IMG/VR virus record: IMGVR_UViG_3300024331_000207
Coordinates: 1 to 64,000 of that record
Reading direction: 5' to 3' (one strand)
Length of the DNA: 64,000 nt
Source: a virus
Lineage: Duplodnaviria > Caudoviricetes
This document shows positions 9,660 through 20,924 of the stretch, piece by piece (the stretch's first letter is position 1; every line of letters starts with the position of its first letter). The notes beneath the pieces are model-generated. The model saw only the letters and a list, made by a program, of their open reading frames with translations, was not told the DNA's origin and searched no databases. A program made the position numbers and the translations under genes.

Positions 9660-9980
9660 ATGAGCAAGTCCCTGCAGGACCGGATCGCGGACGCGGTCAG
9701 CGAGATCGGCGCGCACATCCTGCTGCACGGCCGTGACATGTACGGCGAGACCGCCGCGCTGGCCGATGCCCAGGACGTGCTGCGCGACTGCGCGGCGGCG
9801 CTGAAGAAGACGGCCGTCGTGCCGCAGAAGGCACCGGAGCCCGTCGCCTTCCCGCCGGCCGGCGGCGAGACGGTGGTCACGACGGTCACCGGCACCGGTG
9901 CGAGCACCTACACCGTGCCGTCCGGGACGGTCAAGGCCGCGGGTACGGCGGGCGCGAAGGGGCGCGCGGGAGGTGCCTGA
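9660..9980 (+). CDS. hypothetical protein carrying a segment duplicated from a tail gene
   Basis: AGGAG RBS; 9876-9929 matches 32775-32828 at 53/54 nt. Confidence 0.55.
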   Translation: MSKSLQDRIADAVSEIGAHILLHGRDMYGETAALADAQDVLRDCAAALKKTAVVPQKAPEPVAFPPAGGETVVTTVTGTGASTYTVPSGTVKAAGTAGAKGRAGGA

Positions 9981-10998
9981 CCCGAGCGTCTGGTGCTTCC
10001 ATGACAGCCGCGGGTACGGCAGTCCCAGGCCCTCGTTCTGCGGCCACATCCGGGTCGTGCTCCCCTTCGATCAGCTGAAGGCGCACGGCTGGCGGGCGGG
10101 CTACGCCTGCTCCCTTCCCGGGCCCGGGCAGGGGGACTACGACATCTTCGTCGGGCAGCGGTGCGACCAGCCGGGGTTCCGGCCCTTCTGGGATGCGCTG
10201 CGGGAGATCGGGCGCGACGAGGGGCTGAAGCTCGTCTACGAGATCGACGACGACCCGTTCAGCCTGGACCCGGTGAACTGGCTGGCCGCCCCGTCGTTCA
10301 CCAATGCGGAGGTGCTGGCCTCCATCGCCTACTTCGCCTCTACCGCGGACATGGTGACCGTCACCACCGAGGGGCTGGCGAACCGGATGCGCCGGTTCAA
10401 CGACAACGTGCACGTGCTGCCGAACTTCATCCCTTCCTCGATGCTCGCCGTGCCGCTGCGTCACCCGCAGGGGCAGCTGACGATCGGCTGGGCGGGCGGC
10501 TGCTCGCACTCGCGGGACGTGGCGCTGATCGCGCAGACCTGGCGGGACGTCACCGACGAGGCCGGCTGCCGCGGCCACTTCGTCGGGACCGATTTCCGCA
10601 CCATCACCCGCTTCGGCGGCTTCGACTACACCCCGTGGGAGCCGGAGCCGGCGCTGTACTACCGCAACATCGACTTCGACATCGGGCTGGCCCCGCTGGC
10701 GGACCACGAGTTCAACGGCGGGAAGTCGGCGCTCAAGGCCCTGGAGTACGCCGCCCTCGGCATCCCGGTGATCGCCTCGGACCACCCCGTGTACCGGGAT
10801 TTCGTGGCCGACGGGGTGACCGGGTTCCTGTGCTCTTCACAGGAGCAGTGGAAGGACCGGATGCTGCTGCTGGCCTCCGATGAGGGGCTGCGCACCTCGA
10901 TGGGGGCCAAGGCCCGCGAGCTGGCCGCGCAGCACACGATCGAGCGGAACTGGACCCGGTGGGCGGATGCCTACCGCACGCTGGCAGGAGGAGCCTGA
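9973..10998 (+). CDS. GT-B (GT4-like) glycosyltransferase 2, paralog of 8654-9652
   Basis: same motifs (VYEIDD, IDFDIGLAPL, KALEYAALGIPVIASD); GTG start after GGGAG. Confidence 0.88.
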   Translation: MPDPSVWCFHDSRGYGSPRPSFCGHIRVVLPFDQLKAHGWRAGYACSLPGPGQGDYDIFVGQRCDQPGFRPFWDALREIGRDEGLKLVYEIDDDPFSLDPVNWLAAPSFTNAEVLASIAYFASTADMVTVTTEGLANRMRRFNDNVHVLPNFIPSSMLAVPLRHPQGQLTIGWAGGCSHSRDVALIAQTWRDVTDEAGCRGHFVGTDFRTITRFGGFDYTPWEPEPALYYRNIDFDIGLAPLADHEFNGGKSALKALEYAALGIPVIASDHPVYRDFVADGVTGFLCSSQEQWKDRMLLLASDEGLRTSMGAKARELAAQHTIERNWTRWADAYRTLAGGA

Positions 10999-12366
10999 TG
11001 AGCGGGCAGCCCGTTGAGCACGTCGGCGGCGGCTACTGGCGCGAGGACGGGACCTTCCAGGCCCCCGACGGGTGGCCGGAGGGCGCCGGCTGGGTGGTGC
11101 GGAACGCCGACGGCAGCATCGACAGCTGGGGGCCGGCGACTGACCTGAAGCTGGTCGCCGGGATCGGCTTCGGCTCCCCGGCGGACCCGGGTGACTACCA
11201 CGTGGCGCTGAAGGGCGTCCCGCAGCCCGCGGAAGGGGACAGCACGGATGGCTAACATCGACTTTTACCGGGCCAACACGATCGTCGGCGCCATGCTCGG
11301 GGTGAACAACTTCCCGACGAACCTGGCGAACTGGATGTCGCTGCGGCTCATCACGGCGACGGGCGTCACCGCGTCCAGCTGGGCGACCGCGGCCGGCGTC
11401 AACGGCACGGCGGGCACCGGCGAGCTGGCCGGCACGGCCGGGTATGCCACCAGCGGCCTGACCCTGAACTTCGGCGCGACGGTCACCACGTCCATCCCGC
11501 CCACCTCGCAGGGCCCCACGGCCGCCGCGGGGCTGAGCTGGACGGCGGGCGCGAACTGGCTGATCCAGGGTTTCGAGATCTGGGACACCGCCACCACCCG
11601 CAACCGCTGGTGGTTCGGGACGTTCTCCGGCGGCACGGTGACGGTGAACAACACCCAGGTCCTGCAGATTGCCCAGAATGCGATTACGGTCACGCTGCAG
11701 TGACTGAGCGTGACTGAAACATCCGTAGCGTAACCAGGAGCGAATATGGCCAGTCAGTCGTGGGTCAGCCTGGTCAACGCGGGCACCCCCGGACCGGGCA
11801 CGGCGGTGAACAGCGCGACGACCGCGACCATCTCCCCGTGCCAGGCCGGCGCGCTGACCGCCGACGTCGCGGTCGTGAACGCGGCGGGCCAGCCGCTGGG
11901 CTGGTATCCCGGGATGATGCTGCGGGTCACCGCGAACGGCCTGCTCACCACGGTCTCCACGATCGGCACCGTGACGTTCTTCCTGACCGCCAACAAGGCC
12001 AACAACAACAGCTACACCACCCTGGCGACGGCAGCCGGCATCACCACCACCAGCACGGTCCTCACCGGGATCATGTGGCGGCTGGAGGCGGTCGTCCAGT
12101 GCACTGCCGTGGCCAGCTCCGGCAACACGGTCTCCACCCAGGGCGTGTTCACGATGGGCAACATCGGCAACGCGCTGCCGTCTAACCCGACCAGCCTGAG
12201 CGCCAACCCGCCGCCGGGCTTCTACCTGCCGCTGCCGAACTCCGCCGGGCCGACCACTGCGGCGGTGGACACTACCCAGCTGACCGGGATCGGGCTGCGC
12301 GTCACCCAGGCCACGTCCACCTGCACCATCCAGTGCACGCAGTGGCTGGTGGAGGCGCTCGACTAG
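10998..12366 (+). CDS. three hypothetical virion proteins (10998-11255, 11248-11703, 11746-12366)
   Basis: RBSs; Thr/Gly/Ala-rich beta-type composition; structural arm. Confidence 0.6.
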
Positions 12367-12410
12367 CCTCCCCGGACCCCTGGCGGCGGGAGGGGAGGTG
12401 AGGTAGCGCC

Positions 12411-15400
12411 GTGAGCTGGGCATCGGTCGGCTCCTTCTTCTTCTCGACGAGCACCTCGTTCACGCTCACTCCGTCTGGCGTCGGCAACCTCTACATGCTT
12501 GAGGTCAACCAGTTCGCCAACAGCACGGTATGGGCGTCGGGGGTATCGAGTTCAAACGTCACCTGGACGCAGGTCGGTACTCACATACTGGCCACCGGCC
12601 GGGCCGGGACCTCCACGCTGTGGATGGGGACGGTTACCGCGGCCAGCGGTGCCACCGTCACCATCAGCTGGAGCGGCACGACGCCGGGCAGCCTGGTAAT
12701 CGACGGCCACGAGTTCTCCTCGACCGCAGGCTCCTGGGCTGCTGACAACACGGCGCTGCTGAACGGGTCCGGGACGAACACCTGGCCGAGCATCGCCGCC
12801 GCTTCCGCGGGCGAGCTGTACTTCGGGGCCGCTGTCGACAACGGCACGTGCGTGGCCGGGTCCACCTCCGGCTTCACCTATAACGTCAACGCTGACAGCT
12901 GCGGCGCGGCGTACAACCTCAGCTGCTCAAGCGGCACTGTGGCCGGCCCGGTGTGGGGCGACTCCCAGCACATGTTCGGGGTCATGGCGCTGATCCAGGA
13001 GATCAGCCCCAGCCCCCCCGCCATGCCCGTGCAGGTACCGCCGGGCCGCCGGTCACCTCAGGCGTTCCGGTTCCGGCCTCCGCTGCCGCCGATGGTTCCC
13101 GCGCCGCAAACCTACTACGTTTCCCCCTCGGGCTCGGACTCCAACTCCGGCTTGTCGCCGGCTTCGGCGTGGCAGACCGTCGCCAAGGTGAACAGCGTCG
13201 CGCTGCGCCCCGGCGACACCGTGCTTTTCGAGTCGGGGCAGTCATGGACATCCTCGACGCTGTTCCTGACCTCGCAGGGCTCCACGGCCTCGCCGATCAC
13301 CATCGGCATCTACAACGGCTCCGCTAATGCCACCATCTCCAATGGCGCCAACAACGCCGTCTACATCCAGAACGCCGGCGGCTACCGGCTGCAGAACATC
13401 ACCGCAGGCGGGGTCAGCGGCTCGACCTCCTTCAACGGCATCCAGTTCTTCTGCTCCGGGACGGGGCAGCTGCCGGCGATCGAGCTGGACAGCTGCAGCG
13501 CAACGGGGTGGCAGTACGGCCTGTCGATCGGCGGTAGCTCCTCCGGTGACGGCTACAACGGCATCACCGTCAACGGCGGCACCTGGAACAGCAACCTGTA
13601 CCAGGGCATCCAGATCTTCGGGCCCACGTTCAGCTCTTCCAGCCCGGTCTGGTCCCACGCGAACCTGCTGATCACCGGGGTGGACGCCTCCGGCAACCTT
13701 GGCTCCGCCTCCGTCACCGGCTCTGTCACCGGCTTCGGCGCGTCGATCGGGTCAGTCAGCGGCGGCACCGTCCAGAACAGCACGTTCCACGGCAACGGCA
13801 CCAGCAACGGCGACACCGCCCAGGGGCCGGTCGGGTGCATGCTGTACGCCTGCTCGGGCGTCACGATCCAGAACTGCCTGGCTTACGCCAACGGGACCGG
13901 CACCACAGCCGACGGCGAGGGCTTCGACCTCGATATCGACTGCACTGGCTGCACGATCCAGTACTGCCTGTCCTACGGGAACCAGGGTGCCGGGATCATC
14001 TGCTACGGCGGCACCGGTGACAGTTACTGGGGCTCGACCGCGCCCAACACGGTCCGGTGGAACGTCACCTGGGGCAACGGCACTATCGGCGCGAGCAACA
14101 GCAACTACGGCGGCGAGCTGACCCTCGCGGGCAACCTGAGCGGCCTGCAGGCCTACAACAACACGTTCGTGGCCATCCAGAGCGGCTCCGCCGTGCCGCC
14201 CGCCCTGGCGGTCCACAGCGGCACCATGGCGGGCTGCAGCCTCCGCAACAACATCTTCTACATTGCCGGCTCGTCCTCGGCGGCCGCGGTCCATGCCGAC
14301 AGCAGCATGGCATCGACGGCCGTCCTGCTGCAGGGCAACAGCTACTGGAGCGAGAACAGCAACACGGCGCTGTTCTGGGGAATCAGCTACGCCACTCTCG
14401 CGGCGCTGCGCAGCGGCGTTACGGGCCAGGAAGTAAACGGCGCGTCGAACACGGGCATTCAGGTCGCCACGGGGCTGCAGAACCCGGACACCGGCCCCGC
14501 GGTCACCACCGTCGCCGCGATCCCGTCCTACGTCGGGATCGCCCTGGTGCCCGGCAGCCCGGCCATCGGCGCGGGCCTGGACCTGAACTCGCTGTTCAGC
14601 ATCAACCCCGGCACGCTGGACTTCTACGGCGCCACGATATCGGTCCCGCTGCCGATCGGCGCGGACTTCGCGACGATGGTCCTGGACGCCACGGCGGCCC
14701 TGGCCGGCGCGGGCTCGGCATCCCCGGTCCCCGTCATCAGCGTTGCCGCGAAGCTGGCGGGCTCAGGGTCCGCCGCCGGCCAGTCCGTCGTCCAGGTGGC
14801 CGCCGCACTGGCAGGCTCGGGCGCAGCCGCCTCCGGCGTGGCGATCGGCGTCAGCGACACGGCTGGCGGCTCGGGCGGCGCATCCTCGGGCTCCGGCCTC
14901 GGGGTCGCCTCGGGCCTGCAGGGGCTGGGCAGCGCATCCCCCGTGCCCGCGATCAGCGTCAAGGGGACCCTGGCCGGCTCCGGGGGCATCGCCTCCGGCG
15001 TCGCGATCGACGTCTTCTCGGGCCTGGCCGGCTCCGGCAGCGCCGGCGGCGGCACGACCGGCAGCAGCACCCAGAACGGCGGCCTGGCAGGCGCCGGCGC
15101 GGTGCGCGCCACGGTCATCATCGGCGCCACGGCGCTGCTGGCGGGGTCGGGCGGCGCGACACCGGGCGCCACCATCGGCGTCACGGACGCGCTCGGCGGC
15201 TCGGGCGGGGCATCGTCGGGGTCAGGGCTGGGCACGGCCTCAGGCCTGGCCGGCGCGGGCAGTGCCGTGGCGGTCCCGGCGCTGATCGTCGCCGGCTCGC
15301 TGGCCGGGGCGGGGTACGCCAGCACCCCTAACCCCAACATCGTCTTCGTCACCGCCGCGCTGGCGGGGGCCGCCTACATCACCGCCAGCGCGCCCTCCGC

Positions 15401-15953
15401 CCTGGCCGGCGCACTGGCCGGCGCAGGCTCGGCCGCTGCTGCCGCGACTGTCTCCGCCACCTCCGTCCTGGCGGGGTCGGGCGGCGCCGCGGCGTTCGCG
15501 CCCTCGCAGCTGGCAGGCGCGGCGGCCGGCTCCGGCATGGCCGGCTCGGCGGCCGGCAAGGTGATCATCAAGGTCACCGCCGTGCTGGCCGGCTCGGGGT
15601 ATGCCGTCCCGGTGCCGGAGCGCACGTTCTCCGTCACCGCCGCACTGGCCGGCGCGGCGGGCGTCGTGCTGGTCCCGGAGGTCTTCACCCCGGTCTACGT
15701 CGACATCAGCGTCTTCGTCGGCCCCACCGTGACCGTACTCACCGCGGGCGCCTCCGTGAGCCTGGGGCGGGCAGTCTCGGCGACCAGGAACGACGGCTGG
15801 GCGGCAGGCGCCTCCGCGGGCGACGGGAAGTCCGCCGCGGCGTCCAAGAGCGCCCGCGGCGTCACATCCGCAAGCAAGAGCGACGGCTGGGCGGCAGGCG
15901 CGACCGAAAGCGTGCTGACGGCTGGCGCCTCGATAGCCCAGCGCGGACGGTAA
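12411..15953 (+). CDS. large virion protein: right-handed parallel beta-helix (pectin lyase-like) domain plus C-terminal LAG(S/A)G repeats
   Basis: YYVSPSGSDSNSG...WQTVAKVN...PGDTVLF, DGEGFDLD, IQYCLSYGN, YNNTF, LRNNIF. Confidence 0.8.
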   Translation: MSWASVGSFFFSTSTSFTLTPSGVGNLYMLEVNQFANSTVWASGVSSSNVTWTQVGTHILATGRAGTSTLWMGTVTAASGATVTISWSGTTPGSLVIDGHEFSSTAGSWAADNTALLNGSGTNTWPSIAAASAGELYFGAAVDNGTCVAGSTSGFTYNVNADSCGAAYNLSCSSGTVAGPVWGDSQHMFGVMALIQEISPSPPAMPVQVPPGRRSPQAFRFRPPLPPMVPAPQTYYVSPSGSDSNSGLSPASAWQTVAKVNSVALRPGDTVLFESGQSWTSSTLFLTSQGSTASPITIGIYNGSANATISNGANNAVYIQNAGGYRLQNITAGGVSGSTSFNGIQFFCSGTGQLPAIELDSCSATGWQYGLSIGGSSSGDGYNGITVNGGTWNSNLYQGIQIFGPTFSSSSPVWSHANLLITGVDASGNLGSASVTGSVTGFGASIGSVSGGTVQNSTFHGNGTSNGDTAQGPVGCMLYACSGVTIQNCLAYANGTGTTADGEGFDLDIDCTGCTIQYCLSYGNQGAGIICYGGTGDSYWGSTAPNTVRWNVTWGNGTIGASNSNYGGELTLAGNLSGLQAYNNTFVAIQSGSAVPPALAVHSGTMAGCSLRNNIFYIAGSSSAAAVHADSSMASTAVLLQGNSYWSENSNTALFWGISYATLAALRSGVTGQEVNGASNTGIQVATGLQNPDTGPAVTTVAAIPSYVGIALVPGSPAIGAGLDLNSLFSINPGTLDFYGATISVPLPIGADFATMVLDATAALAGAGSASPVPVISVAAKLAGSGSAAGQSVVQVAAALAGSGAAASGVAIGVSDTAGGSGGASSGSGLGVASGLQGLGSASPVPAISVKGTLAGSGGIASGVAIDVFSGLAGSGSAGGGTTGSSTQNGGLAGAGAVRATVIIGATALLAGSGGATPGATIGVTDALGGSGGASSGSGLGTASGLAGAGSAVAVPALIVAGSLAGAGYASTPNPNIVFVTAALAGAAYITASAPSALAGALAGAGSAAAAATVSATSVLAGSGGAAAFAPSQLAGAAAGSGMAGSAAGKVIIKVTAVLAGSGYAVPVPERTFSVTAALAGAAGVVLVPEVFTPVYVDISVFVGPTVTVLTAGASVSLGRAVSATRNDGWAAGASAGDGKSAAASKSARGVTSASKSDGWAAGATESVLTAGASIAQRGR

Positions 15954-16027
15954 GGAGCGCTAATGTCCGGCTGCACGATGACCGGGCACATGAAAAACAA
16001 CGATGCTGATCTGAGGAAGGCTGAACG

Positions 16028-16630
16028 ATGCCCCAGACGTTGTGGTCGGCGCCGACTGCGGTAGGCAACAACCAGCCGTTCGTCCAGTCGACGATCACGG
16101 CGGCGGTGCTGGACATCACGCCATCAGGTGCAAGCAATGTCGGCGGCGTGTACGACATCCCGGCGGGGATGCTGAACCTGGGTACCCGGCTGCGGATCGT
16201 CGCGTGGGGTTCCTACATCGCGACGACGACCGCATCGACGATGGCGTTCGGGTTCTACATGAACAACCCGGGGACGACGATCCTGACGACGCCGGCGGTG
16301 CTCACGCTGGGCCCGGCGGTGACGGCGGTCGCGTCGACGATGCCGTGGGAACTGGAGTACTGGGGGATCATCTCCGCGGTGTCGACCGTGACCGGCACCA
16401 ACGGGCAGATCGTCGGCCGTGGCCGGTTCGCGTCCCCGGCGACGTCCTGGACGACGGCGCCGAGCTGGGTGATCGCGCCGCAGACGGTGGGCGCGCAGAC
16501 GGTCGCGCAGACCGCGACCGGGATGATCACCTACAACGCGCAGTGCATCCAGGTCGGCTGTACCGTCACCACCGCGACTGGCCTGACGTCGATCACCACC
16601 AATGAGCTGACCTGCGAGATCCTCGGGTGA
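16028..16630 (+). CDS. hypothetical virion protein resembling 11746-12366
   Basis: GTRLRIVAWG / GMMLRVTANG and WELE / WRLE segments; Thr-rich. Confidence 0.55.
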   Translation: MPQTLWSAPTAVGNNQPFVQSTITAAVLDITPSGASNVGGVYDIPAGMLNLGTRLRIVAWGSYIATTTASTMAFGFYMNNPGTTILTTPAVLTLGPAVTAVASTMPWELEYWGIISAVSTVTGTNGQIVGRGRFASPATSWTTAPSWVIAPQTVGAQTVAQTATGMITYNAQCIQVGCTVTTATGLTSITTNELTCEILG

Positions 16631-16666
16631 CCCTCCCGGCCTGACCGAGAGGGGGCGTGACCCCGC

Positions 16667-18945
16667 GTGCTGCTCACCAACTCCGCTGAGGGCGTCACCC
16701 CGTCCGGCACGGCGGCGACGACCGGGAACTCCGGCGGCGCGTCCGGGAATGCCTTCGACGCAGTGCAGGCTAACCCCGGGCTGGGAACCTCGACCCTGGT
16801 CTCCGACAGTGCCCATGCCGCGCACGGCAGCCTGTCGTACAAGCTGACCATCGGCGCGACTGCCGACCAGTGCTACGCGGCGTGGTCCACGTCGATCGGG
16901 ACGCTCGGCTCCACGGCCACCCTGTACACCCGGGCGTACCTGTACATGACGGCCAACCCGGGCGCGATATTCAAGCTGATCAGCACCGAGACCGGCACGA
17001 ATGTCAACTGCGGCAGCGTCATCGTCAACACCACCGGCACGCTCGGGGCGATCGACACCAACGGGACGTCGCAGGGTGCCACCACGAACAGCATCCCGCT
17101 GAATCAGTGGTGCCGGGTCGAGTTTGACTGCACGCCGAGCGCCTCCGCGGGCGTCTGCACGATACGGCTGTACTCCAACGGCGATGACATCACGCCGCTG
17201 GAGACGAAGACCGTTACCGGGATGACCCTGACCGCCGGGCCGATCGACCAGGTGCGGTTCGGGCCGCGCGGCACGGCGGTCGCTAACATCGGCCCGTTCT
17301 GGCTTGATGATCTCGGCTGCACTGACGCCGGGCCGATGGGCCCGTCGGTGTCTGCGCCCCCGGCGCCGGCGACGCTGCTGGCCCCGGGCTGGCATCCGGG
17401 CGCGGGCCTGCCGGGCATGCCGGGCGGCACGCCGTTCTACGTGCCACCGCCCGGGGCGCTTCCCCCCGGCCTCGGCATCGTCGCGGCGACCGCCACGCTG
17501 GCGGGCTCCGGCTCCGTTGCCGAGGCGGGCGAGATCATCAGCGTCTCCGCGGCACTGACAGGTGGCGATACGGCTACGGCCGTGCCGGAGATCGTCGTCG
17601 CGGGCAGCCTGGCGGGCACTGGCAGCGCAAGCGCCGGCGCCCTCAGCATCGTCACGGTGACCGCCGCACTGAACGGCTCCGGCAGCGCCTCATCCGGCGC
17701 GGGCATCGGGGCCTCCTCCCCGCTGGGAGGCTCCGGCGGGGCAGCCTCAGGCGCAGGCCTGAGCACCGGCTCGGGCCTGCAGGGCTACGGCGGCGCGTCC
17801 GGCGTCCCGGACATCGGCGTCTCATCGGGCCTGAACGGCGCGGGCACCGCCGGCTCGGGCGTCGCGATCGACGTCTTCTCGGGGCTGGCGGCTTCCGGCA
17901 GCGCCGGAGGCGGGGCCAGCGGCGGCACCCCGGGCGGTGCGCTGGCCGGCGCAGGCTCGGCCACTGCCGCTGCCGTCATCGGCGTCACGGCCGTCCTCGC
18001 CGGCGCGGGGCAGGCCGCCGCCACGGTCATCATCGGCGTCACGGCCACCCTGGCGGGCGCCGGCTCCGCCGCCTCAGTCGCCGCCGTCGGCGTCACGGCG
18101 ACCCTCGCCGGCTCCGGCGGCATCGCCTCCGGCATCGCGATCGACGTCAGCGACAGCCTGGCCGGCTCTGGCGGGGCCTCCTCCGGGTCGGGCATCGGCG
18201 CAGGCACCGGCCTGGCGGGCGCCGGCGGCGCTACCTCGGTCGCCGCCATCGGCGTCAAGGGGACGCTGTCCGGCGCGGGGGGCATCGCCTCCGGCGTCAT
18301 CATCGGCGTCACGGCCACCCTGGCCGGCTCCGGCGGCATCGCCTCCGGTGTCATCATCGACGTCTTCGCCGGCCTGCCGGCGCCGGCAGCGCGGGCGGCG
18401 GCACGAGCGGCGGCAGTGCCCAGAGCGCCGGCCTGGCGGGCGCCGGCGCGGCGAGCGCCACGGTCATCATCGGCGTCAGCGGCGCCCTGGCGGGCGCCGG
18501 CTCCGCCGGCCCGGGCGCCGCCGTCGCGGTCAGGGCGCTCCTCAGCGGCGGCGGGAGCGTTACCGCCGCAGGCTTCGCGATCTCGTTCGCGTCAGGCACC
18601 CTGGCGGGCTCCGGCGGCAGCTCGCAGGTCATCCCCGTTCTCCAGATTGCAGCCGCCCCCGCCGGCACAGGCGGGACGGCTGCGCAGCCCGGCCGGCGGA
18701 CCGCGGCGCTGCTGGCCGGCGCGGGCTCGGCGGGCGGCGCCATCAAGGCAGGCTTCCCGGACATCCCCGGCTCCGGCGCCGCCACGGTGGCCGACCCGAG
18801 AGACGGGCTGGCTGCCGTCGGCGACACCCGTGACGGCGCCGCCACGGTGGCCGACCCGGGGGACGGGCTGGCCGCCGCGGGAGATCCCCGTGACGGCGCC
18901 GCCGCGACGGGGGACCTGCGTGACGGGCTGGCCACGGTGAACTGA
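16667..18945 (+). CDS. large virion protein (lectin-like N-terminus plus LAG(S/A)G repeats), interrupted by a 1-nt frameshift at ~18376
   Basis: repeat pattern continues in another frame after CTG CCG GCG (paralog reads CTG GCC GGC at ~15024); restored frame ends DGLATVN* at 18945. Confidence 0.75.
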
Positions 18946-18954
18946 GGAGGACGC

Positions 18955-19561
18955 ATGGCGGTCAACCTGTACAGCACGGCCACCGAGTACATCGCCGTCC
19001 CCATCACGCTGGGCCGCGGCAAGGTCACCGACATCATCAGCGTCGGCATGTACGTGAACGTCAACGCCGCCACGATCCCCACGGTGGGCGCTTTCACCAC
19101 GGTGATCCTGGTGGACGGCACGGCCGCGCCGCCGCTCCCGGCACTGGCGGTAGCCGGGGAGATCGACATCCTGGCACTGGTGGGGCCGGGGGCCGGGTCG
19201 AACTTCCCCTCCCTGACCACTAACGCCTACCAGATCTGGGTGCTCATCACCACCGCGAACGAGCAGATCATCCGCAAGTGCGACACGCTGACAATCACCT
19301 GACGGAGCTGCCATGGAGCCGCATGTCACCGGCGGCTGGCTGACCGTCCCCTATGACGGTCCCGAGATCTGCGTGATCGAGATCGGCTTCGGGGGCACCT
19401 GGACGCCGGCCTACCTCGACCACGAGGACGGCCAGCGCACCGCCATAATCCGTCACGACGGCCGGGTGCCGGCGGGACTGATCCGGGTGCGCGCCGGCGG
19501 CAGCATCGTCGCCAGCTGGAACATCCCCGCCCAGCCGCGGGCCGCACGGCAGGAGGCGTGA
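18955..19561 (+). CDS. two hypothetical proteins (18955-19302, 19313-19561)
   Basis: GAGGAGG and GGAG RBSs; high GC3. Confidence 0.6.
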
Positions 19562-20490
19562 TGGCGACGGTGTTCTGGGGCAGCAGCGCGGACATCGCGA
19601 CGCTCACCAACATCTTCAGCGTCTCCGGCGTCGACACCGACCCCGCCACGGTGTCCTGCGTGATCACCGACCCCACCGGGACGGCGGTCACGCACACTTA
19701 CCTCGGCGCGGTCCCGGCCGACATATCGAAGGTAATGACCGGCGAGTACCAGCTGCTGGTGCCGTGCGCCACGCCGGGGCTGTGGAGCTACGTCTGGATC
19801 GGCACCGGGGCGGCCTCCGACATCCAGGCCGGCACGTTCACCGTCAACCCCACGTCGGTGGCGCAGTACTACACCTCGGTGGAGGAGCTGCAGGAGCGGA
19901 TCGGGCTGTCGTCCGCCAGCCAGCCGCTCAGCCAGCTGATGGCGGTCCAGGCGGCGGCCTCCTGGATCAACGGCTACTGCGGCCGGCATTTCTACCAGCT
20001 GACAGAGACGCGCACCTACGTGCCGTACAACATCTACGAGCTGCCGATCGACGACATCGTGTCGGTCAGCTCGTTCAGCCTGGACTACAACGGCGCCGGG
20101 GTCTACGACACGAGCTGGACGCAGAACGTGAACTACGAGCTGGCGCGCGGCGTGGACGAGTTCAACGCCCTGGCCTCCGGCGAGCAGCGGCCGTACACCA
20201 GGGCGCGGGTCACCAACGTGGCGGGGGCCGGCAACTGGTTCCCGTTCATCTTCCCGTTCTCGCGACTGGACCGGGTTCAGATCACCGGCACGTGGGGCTG
20301 GCCCGCGGTGCCGTTCGCGGTGAAGAACGCCAGCCTCCAGCTGGCCGTCGAGCTGTACAAATTGAAGGACGCCCCGTTCGGCACGGCCGGGTCGTCCGAC
20401 CTGGGGGCGATAACGATCGTGGGAACGAACCGGCTGATCGCCGCGCTGCTGGAGCCCTACCGCAGCTCCAAGCGGAAGGTGGGCGTCTAG
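19561..20490 (+). CDS. head-to-tail adaptor with extra N-terminal domain
   Basis: YTSVEEL, AASWINGYCGRHF, VQITGTWGWPAVP, LYKLKDAPFG. Confidence 0.8.
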   Translation: MATVFWGSSADIATLTNIFSVSGVDTDPATVSCVITDPTGTAVTHTYLGAVPADISKVMTGEYQLLVPCATPGLWSYVWIGTGAASDIQAGTFTVNPTSVAQYYTSVEELQERIGLSSASQPLSQLMAVQAAASWINGYCGRHFYQLTETRTYVPYNIYELPIDDIVSVSSFSLDYNGAGVYDTSWTQNVNYELARGVDEFNALASGEQRPYTRARVTNVAGAGNWFPFIFPFSRLDRVQITGTWGWPAVPFAVKNASLQLAVELYKLKDAPFGTAGSSDLGAITIVGTNRLIAALLEPYRSSKRKVGV

Positions 20491-20492
20491 GG

Positions 20493-20924
20493 ATGCGGCT
20501 GCCCCGGGTGCCCGCAGCCCCGGTGATCTTCGGCAGCGCCGACGGCCTGGTGGCCTTCCTGGGCGTGCTGGCCGGCCTGGTCGTCGCGCGCCAGCAGGCG
20601 GCCGCGGTCTGGCACGCGGCCCTCGGCGTCGGCCTGGCCGAGATGGTCGGCATGACGCTCGGCCAGTACTGGTCGGCGAAGGAAGACGGCCTGAAGGCGG
20701 CGCTGGCCTGCGGTCTCGCCTCGGCGGCGGCCTGCATCGCGCCCGCGGTGCCGTACTCCTTCGCCGCCGGCGCGGTTGCGCTGGCCGCCTCTCTTGTGCT
20801 CACTGCGGGCGTTGCCGCGGCAATCTGCTGGCTGCGGCCGGAAAGGGGGTGGGCTGCCGTGGTGCACACCTACGGGCTGCTCGTCCTGGCGGCCGTCTTG
20901 TGCGGCGCTAGCGGGCTGGCATGA
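20493..20924 (+). CDS. VIT1/CCC1-like membrane protein
   Basis: VIFGSADGL and AEMVGMTLGQYWS resemble VIT1 TM1/TM2 metal motifs; about 5 hydrophobic helices. Confidence 0.6.
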   Translation: MRLPRVPAAPVIFGSADGLVAFLGVLAGLVVARQQAAAVWHAALGVGLAEMVGMTLGQYWSAKEDGLKAALACGLASAAACIAPAVPYSFAAGAVALAASLVLTAGVAAAICWLRPERGWAAVVHTYGLLVLAAVLCGASGLA

